From contig OZ249439.1 in assembly GCA_965235115.1 (NCBI GenBank), positions 8,866,001-8,930,000 on the forward strand: DNA of 64,000 bases, written 5' to 3'. The notes beneath the pieces were generated by a model, which searched no databases, was not told the DNA's origin, and was given only the letters and a program-made list of their open reading frames with translations. Positions within the stretch are counted from its first letter, which is position 1, and each line of letters starts with the position of its first letter. The translations under genes were made by a program, and so were the position numbers. The DNA is from Laetmonice hystrix. Its lineage: Eukaryota. Below are positions 49,325 through 62,882 of the stretch, piece after piece.

Positions 49325-49698
49325 CATGTACATCACAATACGTCTTGTGTATATCACGGTACGTCATGTGTACATCACGGTACGTCTTGTATACATCATG
49401 GTACGTCATGTGTACATCACAATACGTCATGTGTATATCAAGGACGTCATGTGTATATCACGGTCCTTCATGTGTACATCATGGTCCGTCATGTGTACAC
49501 CACGGTACGTCATGTGTACATCCGGTCCGTCATGTGTACATCACGGTACGTCTTGTGTACATCACGGTACGTCTTGTGTACAGCACGGTACGTCATGTGT
49601 ACATCACGGTCCGTCATGTGTGCATCACGGTACGTCATGTGTACATCACGTTACGTCATGTGTGCATCACGGTACGTCTTGTGTACATCACGGTACGT
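49325..49698. repeat. 21-bp minisatellite, about 18 copies
   Basis: Unit TGTACATCACGGTACGTCATG with variants. Confidence 0.95.
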
Positions 49699-50625
49699 GT
49701 CATGGCTATTACGGTACTCACGTCCCGCTGCATGTACGTTACAGCCACTTTAAAATTGGGGTTATATACTTCTGTTCAGCTTCAATACAAAGCTAAATAA
49801 TTTTATTGGACGTAGGTGAGAACAATTAAAGCAGACAATTAATTTTTATACTGGAATATACTGAGAATTGTGTAAACATGTCAGAATTCTCGTTTTCACA
49901 TAATGCATTCAGGCCCTATATCTTAAGATATTTTTGAGGTAGTTTAAATTACATCCTGGAGTATGTTAAAGTTAAAAGGCAGGTGGCATGTGATATTTGG
50001 CATGGGTATATCCTCCAGTACTTAATTCCATTCTATCGCCTTGATTCCGACTAGTTGAGCACCAGTGTATGTCAGTACATGGCCAGTATGCCGCAGCCAA
50101 GGGTTTACATATATCCCCGTCCAGGCTTTATCTGATCATTCTTTGTAGACACGACAAGCTGTGAGCTGCACGCAGGCTGTAGATACTACCCCAATGCGTG
50201 TAGGAAGACCCGAACTTACCTACACAAAGAATGCAGAGGGATATCCCGGGATATACACATGGTTGTTACAAGGGTAGCTTTACTCTCACAAGCGAGATGA
50301 ATGCAGTGAAATAGTATAGGTCCCTCTCTGTAGATGACCTACTACAAGACACCGTTCATTGTATGCTCTTGCTTCATCTCTTCCTTTCAACGGCAACAAA
50401 GACATTTGTGGATATATAATCCAGACGAGGATACATCGTGTTGCATGAACGTTAAGTAACGAGATTAAGTTATTGATTCGGAATGGTTGCTACCTGTCAT
50501 TTATCTTGAGCTGACAGAGTGGTGGAAACCAATGACAACATGACAACGCCACTCTCCGAGACTCAGCGCCATTCTCTGTGTTGTTACCGGTGTTGGTAGC
50601 ACGGTGCAGTACCGCTGGAACTTGG

Positions 50626-50917
50626 GTATTTGTATTTTGGGTATTTGTGTTTTTTTTACGCCTTGCAACAGCCAGGGTCATATCACGGCGGTGAAGATGA
50701 TGATGAAGGTCAGTTTTTCTTGGTGGAGGAAACAGGAGTGCCCGGAGGAAACCACCGACCTGCGGGAAGGAACTCACTGACAAACCTTTCACACATGCAG
50801 CCCTGGCCGGGGATCGAACCCGGACCGCAGCGGTCTGAGGCGATGGTCGGTCCTAGATGTAATGAGCCAGCACCTTTGACCACTCGGCCACCTCGAGCCC
50901 CCACCACCCCCCCCCCC
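50626..50917 (-). mobile_element. Full-length tRNA-derived SINE with V-like central domain and 14-bp TSD
   Basis: Minus strand: A box TGGCCGAGTGG (50880-50890), B box GGTTCGATCCC (50810-50820), core GGTTTCCTCCGGGCACTCCTGTTTCCTCC, (CAAATAC)-type tail; TSD ccgctggaacttgg at 50612-50625 and 50918-50931. Confidence 0.9.
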
Positions 50918-51693
50918 CCGCTGGAACTTGGTGCGGTCCACTTAACCAATCCCTCTCCTAGGACCTGAGAGCGTCCGCAAATACAGCAAGTTTCATGGAA
51001 ACAAATATATCTAATTGGCTCCTAAAAAAAGCCCGAAGATAACGCTTTCCTGTCTATCCAGGTAATCCCCCACGGTCTCAACATAATCATCTGAGAGAAC
51101 GCCGCAGATGTTGTAGACCAGTGGCACACATTATTTGGGGCTTCCTCTCTACGGATTTTAACTGTCCATAAGGTGCTACAAGATTAGCAATGCTGATAAG
51201 AACCAAGTGATGACCTAAAAACGTGCCCTGTATGTAAAAAATGGCGGGGTATTATGCATTATCCATAACTAAAGGATGTTTGCAACATAATGCTAGTCGC
51301 CAGGCGCCGATTAATGATCAATTAACCCTGGTCCTTTAATCATGAGGTATGTATCTCAATATCTCAATATCCGATTTTAACCCTCCCCTGGTGTCCTTCG
51401 AAATCTAAAGCGATGTCGCCGGCCCTAGGCCTCACAGAGAGTCATGGCTCTATGCTGGCGAGGTCTAATACGACATAAACTCCCATCTGTACTCGTCTGA
51501 CGACCACTTATACCGATGGCACCGGAATCATGTTTTATCTTCCTCTTTACGGGAATGACACAAATCGACTTCCTCTGTTATGGACTCACCCACCTTATTC
51601 CTCATCTGTGTCGTCCAGGAGCCGCGGGAGGACTTTATAGCGGAGACTGTTACCGATGGGGAAATATAAAATATGTGCAGAGGCGGGCTCCTG

Positions 51694-52270
51694 TAGTGGA
51701 CCACTAAACTCAGACTTCAGACAGGGTCCTGTATGGGCGTGTTCGTGGACTACTGCATGCGGCCTTCAGGTATGGTCCAGTGTGGGCCACTGGAATACTG
51801 AGGCCTTCAGACAGGGTCCTGTATGGACGTGTCCGTGGACTACTGCATGCAGCCTTCAGGTATGGTCCAGTGTGGACCACTAAACTCAGACTTCAGACAG
51901 GGTCCTGTATGGGCGTGTTCGTGGACTACTGCATGCAGCCTTCAGGCATGGTCCAGTGTGGACCACTGGAATACTGAGGCCTTCAGACAGGGTCCTGTAT
52001 GGACGTGTCCGTGGACTACTGCATGCGGCCTTCAGGTATGGTCCAGTGTGGACCACTGGAATACTGAGGCCTTCAGACAGGGTCCTGTATGGACGTGTCC
52101 GTGGACTACTGTATGCGGCCTTCAGGTATGGTCCAGTGTGGGCCACTGGAATACTGAGGCCTTCAGACAGGGTCCTGTACGGACGTGTCCGTGGACTACT
52201 GTATGCGGCCTTCAGATAAGCTTCAGTATGGAACTGGAGTACTGAGGCCTTCCGACAGGGTCCTGTACGA
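51694..52270. repeat. About 90-bp minisatellite, about 6.5 copies, two unit types
   Basis: cagggtcctg recurs at 51722, 51812, 51898, 51988, 52078, 52168, 52256. Confidence 0.95.
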
Positions 52271-55200
52271 AAGATGTGCCACATTGCATGAGACCCTGAC
52301 TTGGATCGTTATAACCGCTTCATAGCTAAAAGACCTCCCCTTATAGTATGCCCGACTCATGTTATATATTACCTGCTGCCTGCCCTAGTTAAACCTAGCA
52401 AGTAGGACAGGGAAAGATGATATGAAGCAGCATCTTGGTTCTCCAGTCACTCACGTGTCATTTTAGTATAATGTCTGGTGATACGAAACCTTCGCTACGT
52501 CATTATTGTGACCTTGTTTAGAATTCGCCACTAGAGGTCACTGCCGATAGCTGCTGTCGGAGTTAGCCTTGTGACACCTCGGAAGGCTGAAACAGGAGTG
52601 TAAGGGGTCATTTCGTGGGCACTTTGAGTTATAGTGTCGTCTACCCATGATCAATGACTAGCATATGGAAAACGGCATCGCCAACGACCGTACTGGCGTA
52701 TTGAGAACCAGAAAAACAGCTATTTTCAGCCTCCTGATACCATATCCTAAAATATCCGACCGTAAGAACAATTAAGAAATCTAGAGCGTATTTCCCTACG
52801 GCCGATTCCAGCAGGTATTTAGCGTCGCACTTATTGCTATTAATTCAGGCCACAGCCGCAAGGGTACGGAAGTGGAAGGTTATAAGATTGTGGATTGAAG
52901 GGATGTGACATTCTACTCGATCCTCTCAGAATCGCTAACCGAATCAATCCATCGTTCCTAGTCCCCCGCTGGTTTCAGTGTGCTATATCTGACCTGGAAA
53001 TCCTTATGGACCTGTTCGACGGTAGCTACTGATAATATTTGAGGTGATATTCATCAGAGAAAAATGAACAGATGCGAGTTAATATTTACTCAAAAAGGTT
53101 AAACAGATGGACTAGGATATTTGCTGTACGCTCCGCAGAACTCTTTTAGAAATTCCATTATTGCATGACATGATAAACAAATTGCACATATTTCAATTTC
53201 TTCTCTGGGAGTGCAGTAGAGGGCTTTTTGTGTCCATTATCACAGAGTGTATGATTGATATCCCTCGGGGGGTATAAGGTTGCTATATGGAAATAGGTTT
53301 ATCATATGTCGCTAAATCTCACAGAGATCTATAATCCAAATGGGACATGTCACAGAAGAATGGTGACAATGATGCCACAATGTTGCAATATTTCGTGCCT
53401 CGAAAAAAACGGATTCACAGAAACCCAACATGTATATTTGATTGTTCTGACTTTTGTAGGCAATTAACGGACCCGGTAAGAAATGGACCCAAAGAATGCT
53501 AACATGTATGTTTGATTCCCGTATAACTTTCTGACTTTGGTAGCCAATTAACGCACTTTCAACATGGAGACCTTATTTAAACATAAGCCTATGTAACAGC
53601 GATTGGTAGCATACAATACACATGTCACGTATGGTGTATTCGTTGTATTTGTAATATAAAAACATCTTGGCTCGCCGATTGCTATCATGACGTCTTCCGA
53701 CAGCGCTCGGTGACGTACCCCCTCACCGATCACGTGATTTGGTTTCGGACCCGGCCGTTGCGGCCACAGTCCGCCATAACTCGGCTGACATGATCGGCGG
53801 TTGCCATATTATAACGTCAAGTCTCGCCAAATCTCGGCATGCCTCTCGGCACATTCAGTGCACGAACGATCACACAGCAAACGCGGCGTTCCTTGTTATC
53901 AATTACCCTTGCCCCCACGTCATGATGAATTTACGCCATCTCGAGAAGTTCTACCAAAGGCTTCTCCTGCACGGAATAAAACGGTTCCTCGACAATTAAA
54001 ACGTCGGCGCTCCCCGGCCACCGACTGAAGAGGCGCCCCGGGCAGAGGACGCCATCGCTGCCGTCACACCCTATGTCTCACTCCGGGCGCTTGGATTAAT
54101 CAAAGGTAGTTGACACAGCAGGTCCCTAAATGCATGACTCTTAATGGACTGCTATGGTTGATGGTGGTGTCGGCAAAATTACCTGGAATCTTGTGACTTG
54201 ATTGCTCTGACTGAGGACTTGATTGCTCTGACTGAGGTTGTTTTTAGTCGGAGGTCATGTGACCGCGTTGGTACTAATTAGCGGCCAACATTAAAATGTT
54301 GACAGGAAGTTCTATGTCCTCTTTACGCGCATTCGCATTTAGTGCCCCGTCTTTCTTAATATGAAGGCGGCGTTTTGTAATGGATTCCATAACGTAAGCC
54401 TTTTATATGAACAGGAAGCCGAGACTGTTTTATTTCATCCCTGGAGGTTACAAGTATAAGGGTCAAACGATAGCATCACGACAGGATATTGTCATCTGCT
54501 GGAGACAGAGAGACGGGCCACTTCCTCCTGTGACCGCCACATCATGGTCAGATAAGGTGAAACTGTTTGGTGGTGTTTATATGTTAGGTTGAGCATGGAA
54601 AGGATTGATCCACTGGGGGTTCACCCATGGTCATTTCGGTTCGATAGGGGTGGACAGAGCCATAATCGTCATCTCCCTGACATTAGAGTAAGTGGAAAGA
54701 GTAAAACGTAGGAATAAGAATGAGAAAAAAATGAGGGTGGAAAAAGGGGTGGAAAAAGTTTGAGAACAGGCGTGGGAAAGTGTGAAAACGGGTGTGGAAA
54801 AAGGGGCGAAAAAGTGCGAAAAAGGGGGCGTATCTTTTCTTTGATATGAAGATCCTACACAAAGTAACCATAACTCAGGAGTTGAAGAACCTTCTCAGAT
54901 TTGGCTTGAATGGTTGGCCATTTCATGTATGAGGTACGAACCTACATTTGTCTTACCGTATCGCCGACCTGTGGCTGTCTCTCAATTCCGGGCGTTGTTA
55001 CATGGTATTATCCCACTAACCGCCCCGCCTTGCCCCGCTCCGCCCTGTTGTGGCGGGGCCCTGCTGACGACACCCCCTATAACATTATTCTAGCTGGAAG
55101 TGTCAGCAAGACTAGAAATAAAGCAATAACGTCACCCGAACCTTGAGGGGCTGGGGTCACGCCGTCGGTTTCCACTATGCCATGTGCCTGTGTTTGCACT

Positions 55201-58200
55201 AAACGAAACGGATTGCTAGAAACCCTTTAGGGAACGCTACACAATCATTACGGCGTGCGGCAGGGAAAATGAAGTCGACCGCAAGTCTGTCAGAGGTCCA
55301 TGACTGAACAGATTCTCACCAGCATAGATACTTCTTTCTTCACATGTATGCTAAATAAACTACTTGTAATGTGTCGGCCAGCCTCGCCAAGTTCATGCCG
55401 ACATTGTGTGTTAACCGGCTACTGAAATACGTGAGGGCGGGCGCTAGGGTACAGGAGGAAAGGGCAGAAAGCACAGGCGGTAATTTCCCGGAGGATCGAC
55501 TGGTACAAGGGTGTTGCTGTCCAAGTGTCCACCGCCGTGGAATCGTAACCAGACACGAGTGGAAATCACACGTAGGTGATAGGCATGCATATGTAAGAAT
55601 TAGCTCTCCACTGGACAATTCTTTGCGATGGCATGTCACTACCGACAGAACCCTCATTCATGTATCCACGCTATTGTGTGACACAAACAATTGCCGCCCA
55701 GGAAAAGGAGTAGGTGAGGGAATAGCGGAGTCGTCAAAGAACTGGATGGCGAGAGTGTCTGTGACGTGTAGGGATTCTACAACTCCTTCGGAAGAAAACA
55801 GGTGACAAAATAGGAGGGTGTACACGAAGTAACGTCTGCCAACCTATAATCAGACAAGTCTATACTTTCAAAGTGATATTGCCTGAGTGCTATATGAGCT
55901 GTATCTTTGCTGGCGTAGCGTGGCTGCTTGGGCCAACGCTGGTCTCCGGGTTGGGATCATTGTGATGAAGGGATGTCCTCTTCCCCCACCTCGTCTCATA
56001 CGAATGTCAGGCCAGTTTGATTCCCGACCCCCGGGATGGGGTGTATACGGCTGCAGAGTTAGGGCGCGGCTAGGGATAGCGAGATACTTTTACTTCTTAC
56101 TACCAAATATGGAGATGTTACCATGGGGATCTACTACCAAAACTTACGTCATGCATACATAATTACTTCCGGAATGCCGTGTCAACATTCATGTAACATC
56201 ATTGCCAATTGGTGGCAACAGGTTTCAATCAATGGCACAAAGTGTCAGTCTAGGAGCACTATTCAAGGATTGGTGAATAATGGCATTCATTCAGGAAACC
56301 TGCACACCTTACTGACCATGAACGTCGGAACACGAGCTGGTTTATGTCAGACAGACTCGCTTTCGGAGTAGTAAATTACTAGCAGGGCTCGCAATGTGAC
56401 CTGCGCAGATAGCGGAGCCGGGACGCGGGCGTCTGATGAGGGCAGACGACATTGAGGCCGTATTAATCAGACAATCGAATCAAACGGCCACCGCCACCGG
56501 AACCACTGGCATTATGATTACAGTGAGGCATGATGGGACGGTGATACGGGACCGCCAGATATAAGGATGACTGCGAGACAGGTGAGGGGACCAGCATGCA
56601 GCAGCTCGAGATGCTATCAAAGTCAAGGAAGATTATCCCTGCTGCAGATCGTCGCATGGCCAAACGCACAGAGTCCCAATATGGCGGATTTCAGGCCGTC
56701 CGTGACGCTGACCAGCCGGGGAGGCTTTGGCAAACAATCGCCAGAGGGCGCTCAAGACAATGATCACATATTCATCAATAACAAGCTTATCTCTGGCGCG
56801 CAGAGAAAAGTTTCTGAATTTCTAGACTGTGGCATTTATCGTCTAACTCTATGACAGGGACGAATGTAAAGGTCACAAATAAAAATGACATAAAGACAGG
56901 GGAGAGGCAGAGGGCTGAGTCTGTGTGTTATCTGATCCCAACAAGTATAGGGCCTTTATATGGCGAGGGCACACTTTAAAAGGACATGGGTACACGACTT
57001 ATCAACAGACACAGGTAAGGACCAGGGGTATTATGACGTCATTGCTGACTGATGACAAGGAGAGACTACTGATTATGACAATGATAATGAGGATTTCGAT
57101 GATCCGAGAATGGTAATCGTTTGAAGTCAGAAGTTTCTCTGTAGTCACAACAAGCTTTGTGGCTGATGACCTAAGCTCGGTTCAGACACGAGATAATGCG
57201 ATTAGTTACCGAGTGAGAATATTCTGGTGTGCTATTCAATGAGACAGAAGTTCACATCATCGACTGGCCACATTCAGGGCGAGAATAATCTAACCTCAAC
57301 TTATTCAAAGGTTCCTGGTCGGGAAGATCTCTAGATCTCCAATTTCTTTTGATTCGCGTCAAGTTTCACTCACCAATTATGACAGTCATGAAACCCAACT
57401 TCACCGAAAGAAAGCTAATTTTAAAAGTAAGGGGTGACCGCAGCTTTGCGCTATAACCAAGAAATACCTCTTTAAACATGAGCACTTCTTTTTAAAATCA
57501 CTTTTGCCTTGGGGACAAGGGAGGTATTGTCTTTCATGTTTCACAAGCCATATGACGTCACGTTGCTGTCGCATTGATAAAGGTCAACCAAAACACATCT
57601 GTGTTGAGGCCATATGAAAAAAATAACATTAACTCAGAAGTAAAAGAAGACAAAAGAAGCTAGTTTTTCTCTCGCCTAACGGAACCTCTCAGTGATCAGT
57701 GATGTGTTCTAAGTTGGCCTTTCACTCATATCAGCGTAAACCGCAGCATGCTATATTCTTCTTATTCCCCCATTATAATGGCCACACAGGCCTTTGTTTA
57801 ACATCCAAAACGCCGATAGTTTCCAGAATAAGCTAGAATTTCACCGAAGCTATTCGCTTTCAAAGGCAGCTACGTTGGCGCTCTCATTAGTACCTTTCTA
57901 TAGGTGTACATGCGTCCCTGCATGCTCGTAGAGAATACTACAGCAGCAATAAGCCATCCACGGTATATTACCTGTCAAGGTCACCTCCAGGTATTGTGCG
58001 GGCAGAATGTGGTGATCAAGTTCCATGTCGAACCTTCATCAGCGCGATTTGGGATAAACTCACGCTTACAAACATTATACTTTGATGGTGTCAAAACCTT
58101 GTTGACGTCGAAATGAAATGCCCGTAGGTCTGACCTGTCACACTTAAATCTGTGCTGGAGGTAGGAAATACTAACACCACCTTTATCGATCGCCCTCGAA

Positions 58201-58644
58201 TCGCCTCAACGATTCCTTGCGATAAATGACCCACCGTCTGTGAGTGACTATGGGTATCAGGTCAGCGGAACCAATTCTCACCTTTAATATTAGGGTCTGC
58301 CGTGGAGGACGGTCTGCATGCCGGAGATACGATTACTGTGACCCAGAGAGAGAGGGAGGGACGTCTGTGTGTGTGTGTGGGGGGGGGGGGGGGGGGCAAA
58401 ATGGTCGCGGCAGGATGTTATTGATTCTGGATACCATTGAAAGGTAGATATTCACATATGTAAATAACCACGACGCCATATGTCTTGTAGACCCCCACTA
58501 ATGGATCATGAGGCCATCCTTCATTGCCGATATAATTGTTCTAGGACAACCGCCCCTGTTTTCTTTTAAGAAACACGTTATGGTTTGCATATTCTTATAT
58601 TTACGCGGGCCTCGGATCCTATACGTTGGGGGTATAGGGACTGA

Positions 58645-59505
58645 ATGTGGTGAATGTAGGTTGAAGTGATAAGGCATACCCTTCCCGGCCCACCAATGTG
58701 GTAATGTAGGTTGAAGTGATAAGGCCTACCCATCCCGGCCCACCAATGTGGTAATGTAGGTTGAAGTGATAAGGCCTACCCATCCCGGCCCACCAATGTG
58801 GTAATGTAGGTTGAAGTGATAAGGCCTACCCATCCCGGCCCACCAATGTGGTAATGTAGGTTGAAGTGATAAGGCCTACCCATCCCGGCCCACCAATGTG
58901 GTAATGTAGGTTGAAGTGATAAGGCCTACCCATCCCGGCCCACCAATGTGGTGAATGTAGGTTGAAGTGATAAGGCATACCCTTCCCGGCCCACCAATGT
59001 GGTAATGTAGGTTGAAGTGATAAGGCATACCCTTCCCGGCCCACCAATGTGGTAATGTAGGTTGAAGTGATAAGGCCTACCCATCCCGGCCCACCAATGT
59101 GGTCATGTAGGTTGAAGTGATAAGGCCTACCCATCCCGGCCCACCAATGTGGTAATGTAGGTTGAAGTGATAAGGCATACCCTTCCCGGCCCACCAATGT
59201 GGTAATGTAGGTTGAAGTGATAAGGCCTACCCATCCCGGCCCACCAATGTGGTAATGTAGGTTGAAGTGATGAAGCCTACCCTTCCCGGCCCACCAATGT
59301 GGTGAATGTAGGTTGAAGTGATGAGGCCTACCCATCCCGGCCCACCAATGACCTCGTGAATGTAGGTTGAAGTGATGAGGCCTACCCTTCCCGGCCCACC
59401 AATGTGGTGAATGTAGGTTGAAGTGATGAGGCCTACCCTTCCCGGCCCAGCAATGTGGTGAATGTAGGTTGAAGTGATGAGGCCTACCATTCCCGGCCCA
59501 CCAAT
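58645..59505. repeat. 50/51-bp minisatellite, about 17 copies, with polarised variants
   Basis: Unit ATGTAGGTTGAAGTGATAAGGCCTACCCATCCCGGCCCACCAATGTGGTA; right-hand units switch from GATAAGG to GATGA(A/G)G. Confidence 0.97.
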
Positions 59506-59765
59506 GATGCCATGCCGGGAGTATACAACATGATACGGTAAACGCGGGACCCGAGTGCAGTTCGCCAGTCCAATTTATTATTGAATCGTGCAGCTTTTTC
59601 AAAGTGGACTTGGTGCAACACTATGGGATCAGGCACAACTGGGAAAAGTCCAAAAACTCCCGCGGGATCAAACAATATATTCGAAGCTGCAATCGCTCAC
59701 GGACGGTAGACTGACTAAAATCCAAGCGCACCACGTCGGCAGGACGCCAGTACCAATGTATTTAA

Positions 59766-59916
59766 CAGCCACGGATCCAGGATTTTTTCAAGGTGGAGGG
59801 GGGGGGGCAGACGTTCTGACGTCACATTACAAGGTCTCTTTAAATGCCGCGGTTTTTGAATTGGGCCAACTGAAGAGGGGAACGTGCCCCCTGTGCCCCC
59901 CTGGGATCCGTGCCTG
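59766..59916. mobile_element. 151-bp miniature element with CAG(G/C)CACGGATCC TIRs
   Basis: cagccacggatccagg ... cctgggatccgtgcctg; flanks tttaa / tttag. Confidence 0.7.
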
Positions 59917-60545
59917 TTTAGTAGGCCTATCCACCGTACTCCTGCTGCAGCAGGTCTATAAGATCATCTCCCACTTGGGTAGGATAGCAGGGAGACATCA
60001 TTAAAAGCCTCCACGGAAATACGGCCTCGACTGCACCGTTAACCTTGTCTGTGACACATTGCCACATGTGGCATCAATGCTTCACTAATCTAAACACCAT
60101 TTTGCCTTTCAATAATTCATACGTATTATAATTGTGCATTTGATGGCTGTCAGTTGTACCGTCACCTGCATACAAAATACCTTTCATACAACAGGTATTG
60201 CTGCTAATAACCACTGCTTACCGACAGGCGACAGAATGGCGCATGTATCCGCCAGGAGCAATAAAGTGCAATTACACACTGATCCGAAATTCTATGACTG
60301 TCGTGTTGGAGGCTGTTATTCACAGAAATGAGATTTCCCATGTCGACAACAACTCTGCTGATTTCTTACGTAACCCGATAATCAACTTAGACACTGGAAA
60401 AGTAGCAGCGTCAACTTCGCGTAGTTCTCGGCCGTTTAACGGTGATCTTTTGACCTAGTACCACCGAACGCGCGCTACGTCACAGAGGGCGTTCGGGTTT
60501 CCCCGCGTCATGTGTATCGGACCCATCAAACTTCTCCCGTCGAGC

Positions 60546-60763
60546 GTTCGATTTCAATAAGACCCGTGCCTGTCGGCACTTTTAACGCTTACATTCTGTG
60601 CGCACCCACACGCGCACCCCACAACGTAAGACGTCATGTGTGTACGTTCATCATGTTCGATTTCAATAAGACCCGTGCCTGTCGGCACTTTTAACGCTTA
60701 CATTCTGTGCGCACCCACACGCGCACCCCACAACGTAAGACGTCATGTGTGTGCGTTCATCAT
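60546..60763. repeat. 109-bp near-perfect tandem duplication
   Basis: gttcgatttcaataagacccgtgcc...gtgtgt(a/g)cgttcatcat at 60546 and 60655. Confidence 0.95.
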
Positions 60764-62792
60764 TTACCGACTATAACCTACCGTTGATGACAGACCTTAC
60801 ACCATTCGCCATAAACAAGCTTGCCTAAACCCAGCAGACACCTGTCGCAAATGAGATTTGAGTATAGTCATCCCCACTCCAGTTAAAATTCATTTGACTC
60901 CCGGTGACCCAGGCTCAAGTTAATCTATTTCATGTACGGACTGCATTAAAGTTTGAGAGACAGAAAGTGAGCAAAGAGTTTTTCCTGTCCGATTCCGACA
61001 TGAAGCGCCGTGTTATAAGCGATGTCGGCCTCTTGATCACGCGCTTACTTGATGAGGAGTGATGGCCAACACATTCACAGTAAGATCTTTTAGGACGTCG
61101 ATACAGTAACTCTACGGTAAAGATTTTCCAGGACTTGCATATGGGAACTCTACGGCAAAGATTTTCCTGGACGTCCACCGTGCTCAGTTTAATGCTGGTA
61201 TCTGATTAAAACATGTAGTCTGTCATGATAAAATGTTCTCTCCTCTTTTGTAAACATAATCTAAAGAGTATAGGCTTCGCCGGGATAGAAGCCGGCCTTA
61301 ATATTCATTTGCCATAGAAAGAATCCCAGCTAGACAGGAATACTGACGGTCATCTATGACCGCTATTGACTCGACTCGACCGTCAGCCAGTCGCCGACAC
61401 CCTTCACCCTCAACTCGACTTACAATGTGTTCAGGTGTAGCTTTTGAAACAGGAGATACGCAGGAAGCGCCGTTTGCTATCATATCCTTGATGTGCTCTT
61501 TACGAAAGCCATCCTCAGGTTTAAAGCCTTGCGGAGTCCACCTCATCACGGAGCTATTATAAAAATGGCGTAGGTGCTGTTGGTGTGAACAGGGTACATC
61601 ATTGGCATGGTACACGCACTTCCTAATACTAGGTAATGAGTATGCATATCTTATAAAGGATCAGGTCTCTGGAGGAGGTGCTTCTAACTACCGAATCAGA
61701 ACAGTTACACGTAGATATAGACCTCAAAAAACTATACCGAGATCCGTATTCTGGCACTGGGAGTGTTGGCAAAGTCTTAAATCGATAATGTTTGATTATG
61801 TCTATTCAAAGTAGAAACAATTATGTTCTCAGGTAGTTCTCTTAGTGCCGAGAAGTGACTAGTACATGCACTGTAAAGTAACGGCTGTCACCTGTCGTGG
61901 GGTTGGGGGGTTGGAGGTTCGACCTGCCCTCTCTGTTACATTTAGTGCTTTGATGTGTCGCCGACATCACACCTGATTTACACCTCATTTTGCGTCGATT
62001 TGACAAATGTGACGTTTCACACCCGTTATGTTGGCACGATCTGTCGGGTATGTATAATTCACACCAACATATATACAGGTGGCCTTTCACAGAGAGGCCG
62101 GGCGCTGTCCGCTCTGGCTGCTGGTACGTTTAACGCGCACTGTCTGTTCAATACTGCCACATTATCACCTCTCACGAACACCACTCGGATCGCTATGCTT
62201 TTCGATCCATCGTGTTCACAGGTCGGATCGCTTGCACCGGCTCTATGATCGGCTACACTATGGCAACGCATTGAGGTATTATTGTCGAGAATACCTCCGT
62301 CAATAGATACATCCACGATGAATGACCATCAAGGCTTGACTGCGTGCAATAAACACCGACGCCACGCTAAAATAATGGAGTAAAAACCCGATCAAATGGT
62401 ATCATTCTATCACTTCATGCAAAAAAACATAAAGGCTATGCGTGAGATGATTAAATACTTATGAATCTGGACGATGCGATCGCTGATGGCCGCAGGGTAG
62501 ATTCCATTAAGGGGCCCGTGCGCCAATCATACCAAACGGAAGTACTGATATCGTGTTAAAGTCGACCCGTTCTTCCATAATTGAATACATGCGCACTGAA
62601 ACCCGTGAACGGAGTAGATGCAGCAGGCACAGGCCATTGTGAAGGTAATTCACACAATAAGAACTGGGATGGAAATGGAAAGGGTTATAATATCTTTTGA
62701 TTACCTCAAGAACACACAATTATTCATCATACAATTACACGTCCCTTACACTCAAACCTGCTAGGCTCCTACCTCTTCAGGTATCTGTCAAT

Positions 62793-62794
<2 letters not shown>

Positions 62795-62828
<34 letters not shown>

Positions 62829-62882
62829 ATCAACAAACGAAAACAGTTAATGAAATCAGTAAATAAATAAATAGATAAATAA
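62795..62882. repeat. (AAAT)n microsatellite or retro-tail-like tract
   Basis: Directly visible. Confidence 0.9.

Noticed and set aside
49175-49800. 172-194-aa His/Cys/Val repeat ORFs, and likewise the ORFs at 30556, 51823 and 58826
   Set aside because: These are translations of minisatellites whose frames shift with unit indels.
50800-50902. tRNA gene
   Set aside because: A and B boxes are present, but they are followed by a SINE core, tail and TSD, and no cloverleaf is evident.
56425-56445. Hammerhead ribozyme at CTGATGAG (other CTGANGA sites also checked)
   Set aside because: No stem II followed by GAAA and stem III/UH could be built.
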